A stretch of DNA of 64,000 nt, taken from Bacteroidia bacterium. GTDB lineage: Bacteria > Bacteroidota > Bacteroidia > J057. The stretch is from assembly GCA_041741415.1 (NCBI GenBank), contig JBGSKC010000032.1, positions 20,446 to 84,445 of the forward strand. Direction: 5' to 3'. Under the pieces are notes generated by a model. It was not told the DNA's origin. It made no database searches and worked only from the letters and a program-made list of their open reading frames with translations. The stretch's first letter is position 1; each line of letters starts with the position of its first letter. Below, one piece after another: positions 27,209 through 36,125 of this stretch. The translations under genes and the position numbers were made by a program.

Positions 27209-27400
27209 ATGCGTAACACAATCTCTCAAGCTCAGTTGGAAGTGTGGGAATGGAAAGAAAAAGCTGCTGGCAGCCTGTCCCATTTGCCCACCATGGCTGA
27301 AAAGATCGCCGAGATCAGACGGCGGACACAACGCGCTGCAGCTATCCTCAACAGCCAGCTTCCTGCGGGTGAACAGATTATTCCGCCTCGTCGGCCATGA
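27209..27400 (+). CDS. possible small protein (63 aa)
   Basis: MRNTISQAQLEVWEWKEKAAGSLSHLPTMAEKIAEIRRRTQRAAAILNSQ... is the only protein-like segment inside a 1.1-kb gene-poor stretch. It is predicted helical. No recognised family. Confidence 0.3.
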   Translation: MRNTISQAQLEVWEWKEKAAGSLSHLPTMAEKIAEIRRRTQRAAAILNSQLPAGEQIIPPRRP

Positions 27401-27517
27401 GAACGGCTCGTTGCTATCCTTGTCCTGAGCCCGGCCCCGCCAGGCTTGGGGCCAGCCTCCCGTCGGCAGGCGTATTTTCCTCGTCGTAAAAAGAAGCCGG
27501 GCCAGTACGAGTATTCC

Positions 27518-27533
27518 AACCCTCATGAGGGTT
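27518..27533. repeat. perfect 16-nt palindrome AACCCTCATGAGGGTT
   Basis: It equals AACCCTCAT and ATGAGGGTT overlapped by 2 nt. These are the same 9-mers as at 8413..8497 and at the toxin-antitoxin flanks. Intergenic, about 135 nt upstream of the 27668 gene. Confidence 0.85.
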
Positions 27534-27667
27534 CGCCCGCTACCCCCACCCCACGTCACTCACCGCCAAAAAAAACTTCAAAAAGCCGGGTCGGTGCTGT
27601 GTGGATTTCAGGAAGAATTTATCTCTTTTGACAAATCCATTCCAATCCACTTCCAATTTTCCCTTTC

Positions 27668-28705
27668 ATGAAATCCTCGCTTCTACTCCCATTGTTGCTG
27701 CTCTGCAGTTGGTTCGCCCATGCCCAGGAAATCAAGCCTGTTTCTGAGATTTTCAAAATAATGGAGGCTTCCAGGATCGGCTATCAACTGGACATCAACG
27801 ACGAGAAAAAGTATCCCCAACCCGAGCGGGTCAGGCTGTTCAACACCACCTACACCATCACCGATGCGGAAGGCCGGGTGGAAATTTTTACCTTCCAGCC
27901 CGGCCCGGAGGTGGACAGCCTCTTCAACCGGGCCGAAGCCTTGTTCCAGGAAAAGCGCTTCGCCCAGGCACGGGACCTTTATCAGCAGATTTATGAACTC
28001 GACAGCACCTTTACCAAGGTCCTGCCCTACATTGCCCAAACCTATGGCATCCAGGGCGACCTGCGGCGGGCGAAGGAATTCTATGCTCTGGCTTTGGTCA
28101 AAAACCCCACCGACTACTTCGCCCACTGGATGCTCGCAGACATCTTCCGGATGTCCGGCCAGCCCGATGAGGCGCTCCGCCAGCTGGTGTTTGCTCACCT
28201 GTTCAATAGAAACCACCTTGGCATTCAGGAAGACCTTCGCAAAACGCTCGAAGCCCGCAAAATCATCCTGCCTGAATGGCAGTTTGAACCGCAGATGGAA
28301 ATGGCCCAGACCGGTGCCCAGTCGGTGCAACTGGTTGCCTCCACTGCCTGGCTGCCATATGCCATTGCTAAGGCTGTATGGGATTATGAACCAGGCTACC
28401 AGGAAGCTTACGGAGCATCCGAAAATGATTTCTCCGTCCTCGGTGCAGCTGAGGCACTCGGTGCTCTCCTCGACGGCAACCGGGAAAACAAAAAGTTTCT
28501 CAAAACTCCGATGATGAAGACCTTGCAGGCCTCCCTCGACGACAAGCAACTGCTCGGATTTATCGTGTATGAGATGCTGCTTCCACAGTATCCCGCTGCG
28601 GCCAAAAGACTGGATACCAAACAATTCTATGCAGCCGCAGAGTATTTGCTCCAGGTCCGCTGCACTGGCAAAACGATCAGTTTTGAATCGCTGCTGCCAG
28701 AGTAA
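27668..28705 (+). CDS. secreted TPR-repeat protein
   Basis: Signal peptide MKSSLLLPLLLLCSWFAHAQ. TPR-like repeats are present (AEALFQEKRFAQARDLYQQIYELD, GDLRRAKEFYALALVKNP, GQPDEALRQL). Confidence 0.7.
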   Translation: MKSSLLLPLLLLCSWFAHAQEIKPVSEIFKIMEASRIGYQLDINDEKKYPQPERVRLFNTTYTITDAEGRVEIFTFQPGPEVDSLFNRAEALFQEKRFAQARDLYQQIYELDSTFTKVLPYIAQTYGIQGDLRRAKEFYALALVKNPTDYFAHWMLADIFRMSGQPDEALRQLVFAHLFNRNHLGIQEDLRKTLEARKIILPEWQFEPQMEMAQTGAQSVQLVASTAWLPYAIAKAVWDYEPGYQEAYGASENDFSVLGAAEALGALLDGNRENKKFLKTPMMKTLQASLDDKQLLGFIVYEMLLPQYPAAAKRLDTKQFYAAAEYLLQVRCTGKTISFESLLPE

Positions 28706-28712
28706 GCCGCAC

Positions 28713-29969
28713 CTATTTCACGATAAACAGCTTGTTGTCGTGCTGCTGCACCATCACTGCGTCCACGGCTTCCTTCAGGTCTTTTACAGTGAAATTGATG
28801 ATGGTGTGGAGCTTCAGCCCGGTCTGCATTTCGACCTCAAACTTGTCCAGCAACAGGGATTCAAAATCCCTGTTCTGTGGCTTGTCGTCCACGCAGAGCA
28901 TCAGGGAAATCGCCGAATTCTGAACCAGGTTGAGCTTTACGCCCGATTTGTAGAGCTGGTCAAACACTTCGCGGATCAGGAGTTCTTCCATGAAGGAGAA
29001 GTCCTTGGGGCGAATGCGCAGGTAGGCCTGGTCCTTTTTCAGGATGTAGGAGGTCACCTGCACCGGGTTGGTTTCCTGGCTGATCACCGTGCCAGGGGCA
29101 TCCATGTCGAGGAAGCTCTTGACGTGAAGGGGAATCTGCCTGTTAAAGATGGGCTTGATCGTTTTGGGGTGAATGACGGTGGCGCCATAAAAGGTCATTT
29201 CCACCGCTTCTTCATAGGAGAGCTTGTCGAGCTTGATTGTTTCCTGGCGAATGCGGGGGTCGCCGTTGAGCACGCCGGGTACGTCTTTCCAGACTGTAAG
29301 GCTGTCGGCCCCGAGGCAATGGGCAAAAATCGAGGCGGTATAGTCGGAGCCTTCGCGGCCTAATGTCGTTGTTTTATCGTCGATTGTGGAGCCAATGAAG
29401 CCCTGCGTGATGATGATGTTGCCGGGCTGGAGTTGTGGTGCCACTTCCCGGCTTATGTTTTGTTCTGTTAGGCTCCAGATCACGCCGGCCTGCTTGTGGT
29501 TGGCGTCAGTTTTGACGAGTTGCCGCGCGTCTGTCCAGAGTGCTGCCTCGCCTTCCTGAACCAGGTATCCGGCCACGATGACGGTGGAGAGAATTTCGCC
29601 GTAGGACACAATGCGGTCATAGGTTCTGGGCGGAAATTCTTCGAGCAGGAGAATTCCCTTCACGATGCGCTCCACTTCTTCGAGGAGGGAATCCACCCTG
29701 CTGAGCACCGGCCCGCTGTCTTTGCCGGAGAATAAACCCTCGATCATGTTGTGATGGAAGCGTTTGATGTTGGCAAACTGCTCAAGAGCTTCCTGTCCGC
29801 GCCCGTCGCGGGCGAGGTGAGCGAGATTTTCGAGGTGGTTGGTCGTTTTGTCGATCGCCGAAATCACCACCAGCATGGGCTTGGCGGTAAAGCGCTTCAG
29901 AATCCTGACCACATTGCGGATGGCGTCGGGGTTTTTGACCGAGGCACCGCCAAATTTCATCACGAGCAT
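28713..29969 (-). CDS. aspartate kinase
   Basis: MLVMKFGGASVKN... N-terminus, the amino-acid-kinase fold motif TTLGREGSDYTA and C-terminal ACT-like region. The start could be 29969 or 29960; 29999 is less likely. Confidence 0.9.
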   Translation of the reverse strand: MLVMKFGGASVKNPDAIRNVVRILKRFTAKPMLVVISAIDKTTNHLENLAHLARDGRGQEALEQFANIKRFHHNMIEGLFSGKDSGPVLSRVDSLLEEVERIVKGILLLEEFPPRTYDRIVSYGEILSTVIVAGYLVQEGEAALWTDARQLVKTDANHKQAGVIWSLTEQNISREVAPQLQPGNIIITQGFIGSTIDDKTTTLGREGSDYTASIFAHCLGADSLTVWKDVPGVLNGDPRIRQETIKLDKLSYEEAVEMTFYGATVIHPKTIKPIFNRQIPLHVKSFLDMDAPGTVISQETNPVQVTSYILKKDQAYLRIRPKDFSFMEELLIREVFDQLYKSGVKLNLVQNSAISLMLCVDDKPQNRDFESLLLDKFEVEMQTGLKLHTIINFTVKDLKEAVDAVMVQQHDNKLFIVK

Positions 29970-30010
29970 GATCGGCAGAGTTGGGAATGGATTTGGCAAA
30001 AAAAGCGGGG

Positions 30011-30018
30011 CAAATGTA
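30011..30018 (-). promoter_or_regulatory. candidate -7 box TACATTTG (TAnnTTTG) for aspartate kinase
   Basis: The plus strand reads caaatgta. 42 nt upstream of the ATG at 29969. Confidence 0.35.
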
Positions 30019-30181
30019 GCATTTTTTTAAAAGATCACCGAAATGAAGAATGATCGGCAGGCTTCGGGGAGAGGATATTCCATGCAATCAATCTGATGCG
30101 CCCGGCAGCATTGGCCGGAGCGGAACAAATCCGTTACAGGCGCAGGAGGAAAAAGCAGCATGACCTTCAGTCTGGGAAGAA

Positions 30182-30643
30182 TCAAAGATCTTCAGGGGTA
30201 TGCTCGAGTGGTGACAGTTGGAGGATTGCTTCCCTTTCCAGAATGGAGGCAAGGGTGGCACCTTTCAGGAGCATGACTGTCTGGTTTCGGACCTGTAAAA
30301 ACACATCCCTGATCCCGCAGGTGGTTTCTTCTTTGCATTCCTCACACCGTTCATAGAAGCGGTAGGTAACACAGGGCAGCAGGGCAATGGCACCATCCAG
30401 GAGCCTGACTATGTCAGCGAGGTTAATCTCTTGCGGCTCTTTTTTGAGAAAATAACCACCGTGAGGCCCTTTTCGGCTATTGACGATTCCGGCCCGCTTC
30501 AGTTCGAGCATGATGGCCTCCAGGAACTTATGGGGAATGAGCTCAGCTTCCGCGATCTGCACAACCGGCCTCGGCGGGTTTCCGGGGTCTTTAGCCAGAT
30601 GAAGCAGAGCCTTGATCGCATACTTGGCCTTTTTCGAAAGCAT
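30182..30643 (-). CDS. Rrf2-family transcriptional regulator with a four-Cys cluster
   Basis: MLSKKAKYAIKALLHLA...IAEAELIPHKFLEAIMLELKRAGIVNSRKGPHGGY is a canonical Rrf2 winged helix. Cys pattern C-x8-C-x2-C-x5-C (PCVTYRFYERCEECKEETTC). ATG at 30643; the 75 upstream codons in the ORF track are non-homologous. Confidence 0.9.
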   Translation of the reverse strand: MLSKKAKYAIKALLHLAKDPGNPPRPVVQIAEAELIPHKFLEAIMLELKRAGIVNSRKGPHGGYFLKKEPQEINLADIVRLLDGAIALLPCVTYRFYERCEECKEETTCGIRDVFLQVRNQTVMLLKGATLASILEREAILQLSPLEHTPEDL

Positions 30644-30761
30644 AGGAGAATGAATCAATCCACAAAGTAAACAAAAAACCCCGTCGAAACTGCCAGTCTG
30701 CCGGTTAAGGCCTTCAGGGCAGCGGATGGCGTAGGAATAAAGCCCAAAAAATATAAAACAT

Positions 30762-30827
30762 ATCCTATCGGATTTGTAGGATAAAAATTCAGGCCTATCT
30801 TTGTATAACCTACTAAACAGGTAGGAT
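30762..30827. promoter_or_regulatory. candidate Rrf2 operator(s): inverted repeats ATCCTA-n9-TAGGAT (30762..30782) and AACCTAC-n7-GTAGGAT (30807..30827)
   Basis: Both inverted repeats end in GTAGGAT. A third GTAGGA lies at 30731, so the three boxes start at 30731, 30776 and 30821, exactly 45 nt apart. They sit in the divergent Rrf2-receptor intergenic region and flank the candidate -7 box. Confidence 0.4.
30796..30803 (+). promoter_or_regulatory. candidate -7 box TATCTTTG (TAnnTTTG) for the TonB-dependent receptor
   Basis: Exact match 46 nt upstream of the ATG at 30849. Confidence 0.4.
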
Positions 30828-30848
30828 TTATAGACTAAGTTACCGGCT

Positions 30849-33410
30849 ATGAAAAAGTTCCTGTCCATTCTGGTTTATTCCTTGCTTCTCAGCCCTTCCA
30901 TGCTGCTTGCCCAGGTGCAGCTCAAAGGCCAGGTCGTTGACGGCCTCACCCGGGAACCTCTTATCGGAGCGACCATTTTGGTCAGAGAAACGGGCAAGGG
31001 TGCCTACTCCGATTCAGCGGGCCTGTTTACTTTGAGCGGAAATCAACTTCAGGATCTGCCTGTCAAATTACTTGTTTCCTACTACGGCTACGAACGGCTC
31101 GAATATCTGGTCTCATCACTAGATGAAATTGTGCTGAACCTGGTACCGGAGAATAACTCTCTGGCCGAAGTGGTGGTGACGGCACGGAGGAGGAGCGAAG
31201 TTCTGCAGTCTGTCCCCCTTCCGGTTGCTGTGATCGGGGCGTCCAAAATCGATCAGAATGTTGCCTTCAACGTCAACAGGATCAAAGAATTTGTGCCTTC
31301 GGTTCAGCTTTACTCTTCCAATCCGCGCAACACCACTATCAACATTCGTGGGCTGGGATCCACTTTCGGGCTCACAAACGACGGCATCGACCCTGGTGTC
31401 GGGTTCTACGTCGATGGGGTTTACTATGCCCGGCCTGCAGCCACCACCCTCGACTTCGTCGATGTGCAGCAAATTGAGGTAATCCGGGGGCCGCAGGGCA
31501 CTTTGTACGGCAAAAACACCACTGCCGGAACGTTCAACATCACCACCCGAAAGCCTTCCTTTGTTCACACCCAAACCTTTGAGCAGTCGTTTGGCAACTA
31601 TGGCTTTATCCAAACCAAAGCGGCTGTTTCGGGGCCACTCGTTGGTGAGAAACTGGCATTCAGGCTTTCCACCACTGCTACTTTCCGCGATGGGGTGCTG
31701 TACAATGTCAGGACTCAGAAAGATGAAAACACCCTGAACAACCAGGGCATCCGGGGGCAGTTGTTGTTTGTTCCCCGCAAAAACATCGATTTCACCCTGG
31801 CGGGCGACTACAACCGCCAGCGCCCCGACGGGTATGCTGCTGTGTATGCCGGTTTTACCAGAACACAACGCGCTGAGTTCAGGCAATTTGAGCAGATTAT
31901 CTCCGACCTCAATTATCAGGTGCCAAGCACCAATCCTTTCGACCGGCTGATCGACACAGACACCCCCTGGCAGTCGAATCAGGACATGGGAGGCGTTTCG
32001 ATGCAGGCAAACGTCAACATTGGAAAGGGCGTGCTGACCTCCACCTCAGCCTGGCGCACCTGGCACTGGGATCCCTCCAACGACCGCGATTTTCTGGGTC
32101 TCCAGGCTTTGAAGCGGTCTCAGGCACCATCAGTTCACAACCAATGGTCTCAGGAAGTTCGCTTCGCAGGGGAGTTTAGCCCCAAAGTTTCAGGCACAAT
32201 GGGACTCTTCGCCTTCTATCAGGACCTCCAGCCCAAAGGAGCGCACATTGAAGAAGCGGGTTCCGACCAATGGAGATTCATTCAAAACAACCAGAACCCG
32301 CTCTGGCAAACACCCGGGCTGCTTGACGGGTATGGAATTCGCACCATTCCAGCCTTTCAAAACCTGAGTGCTGCTGCTTTTGGGCAAATCGACTGGAACA
32401 TCGCCCCATGGCTCACAATCCTGCCAGGGTTCCGGGTCAACTATGACGACAAGGCGGTTCAGTTTTCCCGCACCACCTTCGGCGGGCTTGCCACAGAAGA
32501 TCCCGCCCTGCTGGCCCTCAAACAAGCAGCGTACCGCAATCTCGCTTTCGAAGCAGACATTGAAGACATCAATTACTCTGGCCAGATCACCCTCCAAAGC
32601 CAGCTCCACAAGCAAGTCAATACCTTTGCCACCTACTCCATCGGCTTCAAACCTGTGGGCCTTAACCTTGGCGGTATCCCGACATCCAACGGCGAGCCTG
32701 ACCTGACCCTGGCAGTGGTGAAACCGGAGCGTGTAAACCACCTTGAATGGGGGCTAAAAACCTCGCCAATCAGAAATTCCATCCTGAATCTGACTGTTTT
32801 CAACACCGAAATCCAGGATTACCAAACCAACGTGCAGGTGGCGGATCTTGCAGTCAACAGGGGGTACCTGGCCAATGCAGAACGCGTCAGGGTCAGGGGT
32901 GCTGAGCTGGAACTCGCTTACCAACCAACCTCTGGCCTGAGCCTGAACGGCTCCCTTTCCCTCACCGATGGCCGCTATGTCTCTTTCAAAAATGCTCCTG
33001 TGCCGCTGGAAGAAACGGGTGGTGTCAGCTTCAAAGATATCTCTGGAGAGGAGCTTCCAGGCATCTCCCGGTGGGCTGGCAGCGCGGGTGCCGAATGGTC
33101 CACCAGCGGAAAGCTGATGGGCTCAGCAGGAGACTACTTCGTGGGAGTAGACGCTTTCTTCCGGTCCACCTTCTCCTCCAACCCCTCTCCTTCTACTGTG
33201 CTGAATGTTCCCGGATATGCGTTGTTCAACAGCAGTATTGGGTTCCGGGCACAAAAAGGGATTTCCCTGTTTCTTTGGTCGCGGAACCTCACCGACACCA
33301 ATTACTTCGAGCAATTGCTGCCTGCTGCCGGCAATACAGGCCACTATGCCGGGGTGCTTGGAGACCCCAGAACCTTCGGATTCACGGTTCGCTTTCACAA
33401 CTTCCAGTAA
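30849..33410 (+). CDS. TonB-dependent receptor with N-terminal carboxypeptidase-regulatory-like domain
   Basis: Signal peptide, LKGQVVDGLTREPLIGATILVRETGKGAYSDSAGLF, a plug (IEVIRGPQGTLYGKNTTAGTFNI) and a barrel ending in FGFTVRFHNFQ. Confidence 0.9.
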   Translation: MKKFLSILVYSLLLSPSMLLAQVQLKGQVVDGLTREPLIGATILVRETGKGAYSDSAGLFTLSGNQLQDLPVKLLVSYYGYERLEYLVSSLDEIVLNLVPENNSLAEVVVTARRRSEVLQSVPLPVAVIGASKIDQNVAFNVNRIKEFVPSVQLYSSNPRNTTINIRGLGSTFGLTNDGIDPGVGFYVDGVYYARPAATTLDFVDVQQIEVIRGPQGTLYGKNTTAGTFNITTRKPSFVHTQTFEQSFGNYGFIQTKAAVSGPLVGEKLAFRLSTTATFRDGVLYNVRTQKDENTLNNQGIRGQLLFVPRKNIDFTLAGDYNRQRPDGYAAVYAGFTRTQRAEFRQFEQIISDLNYQVPSTNPFDRLIDTDTPWQSNQDMGGVSMQANVNIGKGVLTSTSAWRTWHWDPSNDRDFLGLQALKRSQAPSVHNQWSQEVRFAGEFSPKVSGTMGLFAFYQDLQPKGAHIEEAGSDQWRFIQNNQNPLWQTPGLLDGYGIRTIPAFQNLSAAAFGQIDWNIAPWLTILPGFRVNYDDKAVQFSRTTFGGLATEDPALLALKQAAYRNLAFEADIEDINYSGQITLQSQLHKQVNTFATYSIGFKPVGLNLGGIPTSNGEPDLTLAVVKPERVNHLEWGLKTSPIRNSILNLTVFNTEIQDYQTNVQVADLAVNRGYLANAERVRVRGAELELAYQPTSGLSLNGSLSLTDGRYVSFKNAPVPLEETGGVSFKDISGEELPGISRWAGSAGAEWSTSGKLMGSAGDYFVGVDAFFRSTFSSNPSPSTVLNVPGYALFNSSIGFRAQKGISLFLWSRNLTDTNYFEQLLPAAGNTGHYAGVLGDPRTFGFTVRFHNFQ

Positions 33411-33478
33411 CCAGCCTCTCAGCCAGCGCATTTCCTGCGAAATTCGCCCCTTTTGTTGATATGTCTCCCCTCACCCCG

Positions 33479-33512
33479 CCTGCCGGAGCCCTGGTTGCTT
33501 CGGCAGGTTTTT
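33479..33512 (+). terminator. possible rho-independent terminator after the TonB-dependent receptor gene
   Basis: 7-bp stem CCTGCCG/CGGCAGG with a 15-nt loop, followed by TTTTT. Confidence 0.45.
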
Positions 33513-33524
33513 CTGTTCAGGCGC

Positions 33525-34715
33525 CTACTTTACTGCTTTGCCAGCATGGCTTTGCACAGTTTCCTGAACCCATTTTCTTGCCCGGAGGTCCGTTTCCATC
33601 AGCTGCTCCAGATCCGGGTGATTCACCCAGCCCACGGCCTCCATGGCGGCTTCGTTCAGGTCGCCGATATCGGTGAAGGAAATGCGCTCCTCGCGGAACA
33701 GTTGGTTGGTGATTTCATTGGCGGCGTTCAAAACGCAGGGGGCGCTGCCGCCGAGCTCCATGGCCCGGTAGGCCAGTGCCAGGTTCTTGAACACACGCTG
33801 GTCCACTGGCTCGAAGGTCAGCTGCGGATAGTCGAGGAAGGAAAAACGCGGGAAAGGATTGCCGATCCGCTCGGGGTAGGCCATGGCGTACTGGATCGGC
33901 AGGCGCATGTCGGGCAGACCCAGCTGGGCCTTCATGCTGCCGTCATTCATCTGGACGATGGAGTGAATGATGGACTGCGGATGAACGATCACATCAATCT
34001 GCTCATTATCAAGGCCAAAGAGCCATTTTGCCTCGATCACCTCCAGCCCTTTGTTCATCATCGAGGCAGAGTCGATTGTGATTTTGGCGCCCATTTCCCA
34101 GTTGGGATGCTTCAGTGCCTGGGCCCGGGTTACCTCGCGAAGCTGCTCCAGCGAAAAGCCCCGGAACGGCCCGCCGGAGGCAGTGAGGTAGATTTTTTCA
34201 ATCTGGTTGTGGGCCTCGCCCACGAGGCACTGGAAAAGCGCCGAGTGCTCGCTGTCAACCGGCAGGATGGCCACCCCGTGCTGGCGGGCCAGGTCCATCA
34301 CAATTTCGCCTGCCACCACGAGGGTTTCCTTGTTGGCCAGGGCGATGTTTTTCCCATGGCGGATGGCTGCCACGGTTGGCTTTAGTCCGGCGAAGCCCAC
34401 GAGTGCCGTGAGCACCATGTCGATATCGGGGCGAACGACGACTGCTTCAAGGGCTTCTGCTCCGCATTCCACAGCGATGCCGAGGGGCTGCAGGGCGGCT
34501 TTTGCTTCCCGGTAGGCTGCAGGATCATCCACGACAACCACGCGCGGCCGAAAGCGGGTGGCCTGTTCGATAAGCAGGGTGGCGTTGCGGCCTGCGGTGA
34601 GCGCCACAACCTCAAAGCGGTCGGGGTGGCAGGCAACCACATCGAGGGCTTGAGTGCCAATGGAGCCGGTGGCACCCAGAATGGCCAGGCGGGTAGGAAA
34701 TGGAGAATTCATCAT
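33525..34715 (-). CDS. dxr: 1-deoxy-D-xylulose-5-phosphate reductoisomerase
   Basis: LAILGATGSIGTQALDVV, LANKETLV, PVDSEHSA, and HPNWxMGxKITIDSA-type motifs. ATG at 34715. Confidence 0.95.
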   Translation of the reverse strand: MMNSPFPTRLAILGATGSIGTQALDVVACHPDRFEVVALTAGRNATLLIEQATRFRPRVVVVDDPAAYREAKAALQPLGIAVECGAEALEAVVVRPDIDMVLTALVGFAGLKPTVAAIRHGKNIALANKETLVVAGEIVMDLARQHGVAILPVDSEHSALFQCLVGEAHNQIEKIYLTASGGPFRGFSLEQLREVTRAQALKHPNWEMGAKITIDSASMMNKGLEVIEAKWLFGLDNEQIDVIVHPQSIIHSIVQMNDGSMKAQLGLPDMRLPIQYAMAYPERIGNPFPRFSFLDYPQLTFEPVDQRVFKNLALAYRAMELGGSAPCVLNAANEITNQLFREERISFTDIGDLNEAAMEAVGWVNHPDLEQLMETDLRARKWVQETVQSHAGKAVK

Positions 34716-34828
34716 GATGGGTAACAAATCGGAAGCTGAAACCGCTGGCAAAATGGTTTGTTGGAACGGATGAAGGGCTTACCGGAGAAATTTATTTGCC
34801 GGGACGCCAGTTTGTCAAATTACTCAAC

Positions 34829-35425
34829 CTACAGCCAAAACACAGGCCTTTCCCGGAAGAGGTCGGCCCATTCAGGTGGCATCCCGAAATGCTGGCCGTA
34901 GAAGTCGTCGAGGAAGCCCAGGGTTTCCTGCGAGAGGAGGCTGCCGAGCTCAGCCACGGTGTTGCCCGCCAGGGCATAGGGCCAGATACCCAGGATCATC
35001 TGATCGCCGTAGCAGCAGGCAGCAATTTGATACTCAGGTTCTTCCCTCAAATTTGCCCCCGAAACCAGGCAACGCGTCAGCGCTTCCTGTTCAAACAGCG
35101 CAGGGTTGCTGGCAGCCAGCTCCATGCGGCGGGAGAAGTTGACCCGTTGCGCCAAATACTGGCTGATGGCTTCCATGGATTCAGAGGAAATCTGGCCCTT
35201 CATTTCTTCGGAGCAGTCCATGCACACGGCAAAGGCGAAGACCGTTTCCCGAATCCCCGAGACAGGATTGGTGCGAATGACCTTTTCGACCATGTAGGGG
35301 GCGGGAGGATACTGAAGATCGAGCTCGCAGACGCGGCAACTGGCAAAGGCCAGGCCCGTTTCCTCGTCTTTCAGGAAATCAGGAAGTGCTGTGGGCAAAC
35401 CCTCCAGGTGCCAGTTCGAATCCAT
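34829..35425 (-). CDS. hypothetical cytoplasmic protein with two CxxC pairs
   Basis: 198-aa ORF with CRVC and CMDC about 35 residues apart, a possible zinc ribbon. Its composition looks like real protein, unlike the overlapping plus-strand ORF 34796..35524. Confidence 0.6.
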   Translation of the reverse strand: MDSNWHLEGLPTALPDFLKDEETGLAFASCRVCELDLQYPPAPYMVEKVIRTNPVSGIRETVFAFAVCMDCSEEMKGQISSESMEAISQYLAQRVNFSRRMELAASNPALFEQEALTRCLVSGANLREEPEYQIAACCYGDQMILGIWPYALAGNTVAELGSLLSQETLGFLDDFYGQHFGMPPEWADLFRERPVFWL

Positions 35426-35612
35426 GCAGCCGTTTTTTTATTCAAGATGCAGCATTCGGCACAAACAGACAAACCGACACTGGCCGCAACAGGTAGCGAA
35501 AAGCAGGAATTTGCCCGGCCATAAATGAATTTTTTCAAGATCAATCGCTCTCATTTACCTACCTGCCTTGCTTTTGCTTAACTTACCTTCCACCAAATCA
35601 AATTCCCGAGTC

Positions 35613-36113
35613 ATGAAAAATCTTTCCTTCTTCCTTCTCCTGATTCTTTCCCAGTCTCTGGCCGCCCAAAGCATCGAACGTGCAGTGATCGGCGCATATG
35701 GCACCAGCGGAACAGCAGGCACTGTTCAAATCGACATGACTGTGGGCGAGATCGCCACCACTACAGCCAGCGCAGGTACTTTGATCGTGACCCAGGGCTT
35801 TCATCAGCCTGCCAGTGGCTCGGTTGGCATTGCAGAAGAACTGGGCGTTCAGGTTGAATATCGCCTCTTTCCCAACCCTGCAACCGACCTCATCACCCTG
35901 GAAATGACGGGCGCTCAGCCCATTGCCATTCGGGTAGAGATTGTAGATGCCCGCGGGCGGCTCACAGGATTGGAGCAGCGGCAGCTTCAGGTGGGAAGCG
36001 CCATGGTGGAAAGCAGCTGGGATACCAGCTCCCTTGCCGAAGGCATGTACCTGCTGGTGATTCGCAACCAGGCAAATGAAATTGCAGGAAGCATCCGCTT
36101 TCAAAAACAGTAA
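35613..36113 (+). CDS. small secreted protein with T9SS C-terminal sorting domain
   Basis: MKNLSFFLLLILSQSLAAQ signal, then ...TQGFHQP, then LFPNPATDLITLEM...GMYLLVIRNQ...IRFQKQ (CTD). Confidence 0.75.
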   Translation: MKNLSFFLLLILSQSLAAQSIERAVIGAYGTSGTAGTVQIDMTVGEIATTTASAGTLIVTQGFHQPASGSVGIAEELGVQVEYRLFPNPATDLITLEMTGAQPIAIRVEIVDARGRLTGLEQRQLQVGSAMVESSWDTSSLAEGMYLLVIRNQANEIAGSIRFQKQ

Positions 36114-36125
36114 AGACAGAATTTA

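Noticed and set aside
27683-28624. 313-aa minus-strand ORF
   Set aside because: It is antisense to the TPR gene, which has a clean signal peptide and TPR repeats. No motif and no signal.
29970-30181. Possible lysine riboswitch or attenuator in the aspartate kinase leader
   Set aside because: I could not find the conserved L-box cores, and only weak 5-bp hairpins are present. A covariance-model scan would be needed to settle this.
34796-35524. 242-aa plus-strand ORF overlapping 34829..35425
   Set aside because: It has an Arg/Gly/Ala-rich composition typical of an off-frame GC-rich reading. The minus-strand ORF has balanced composition and paired CxxC motifs.
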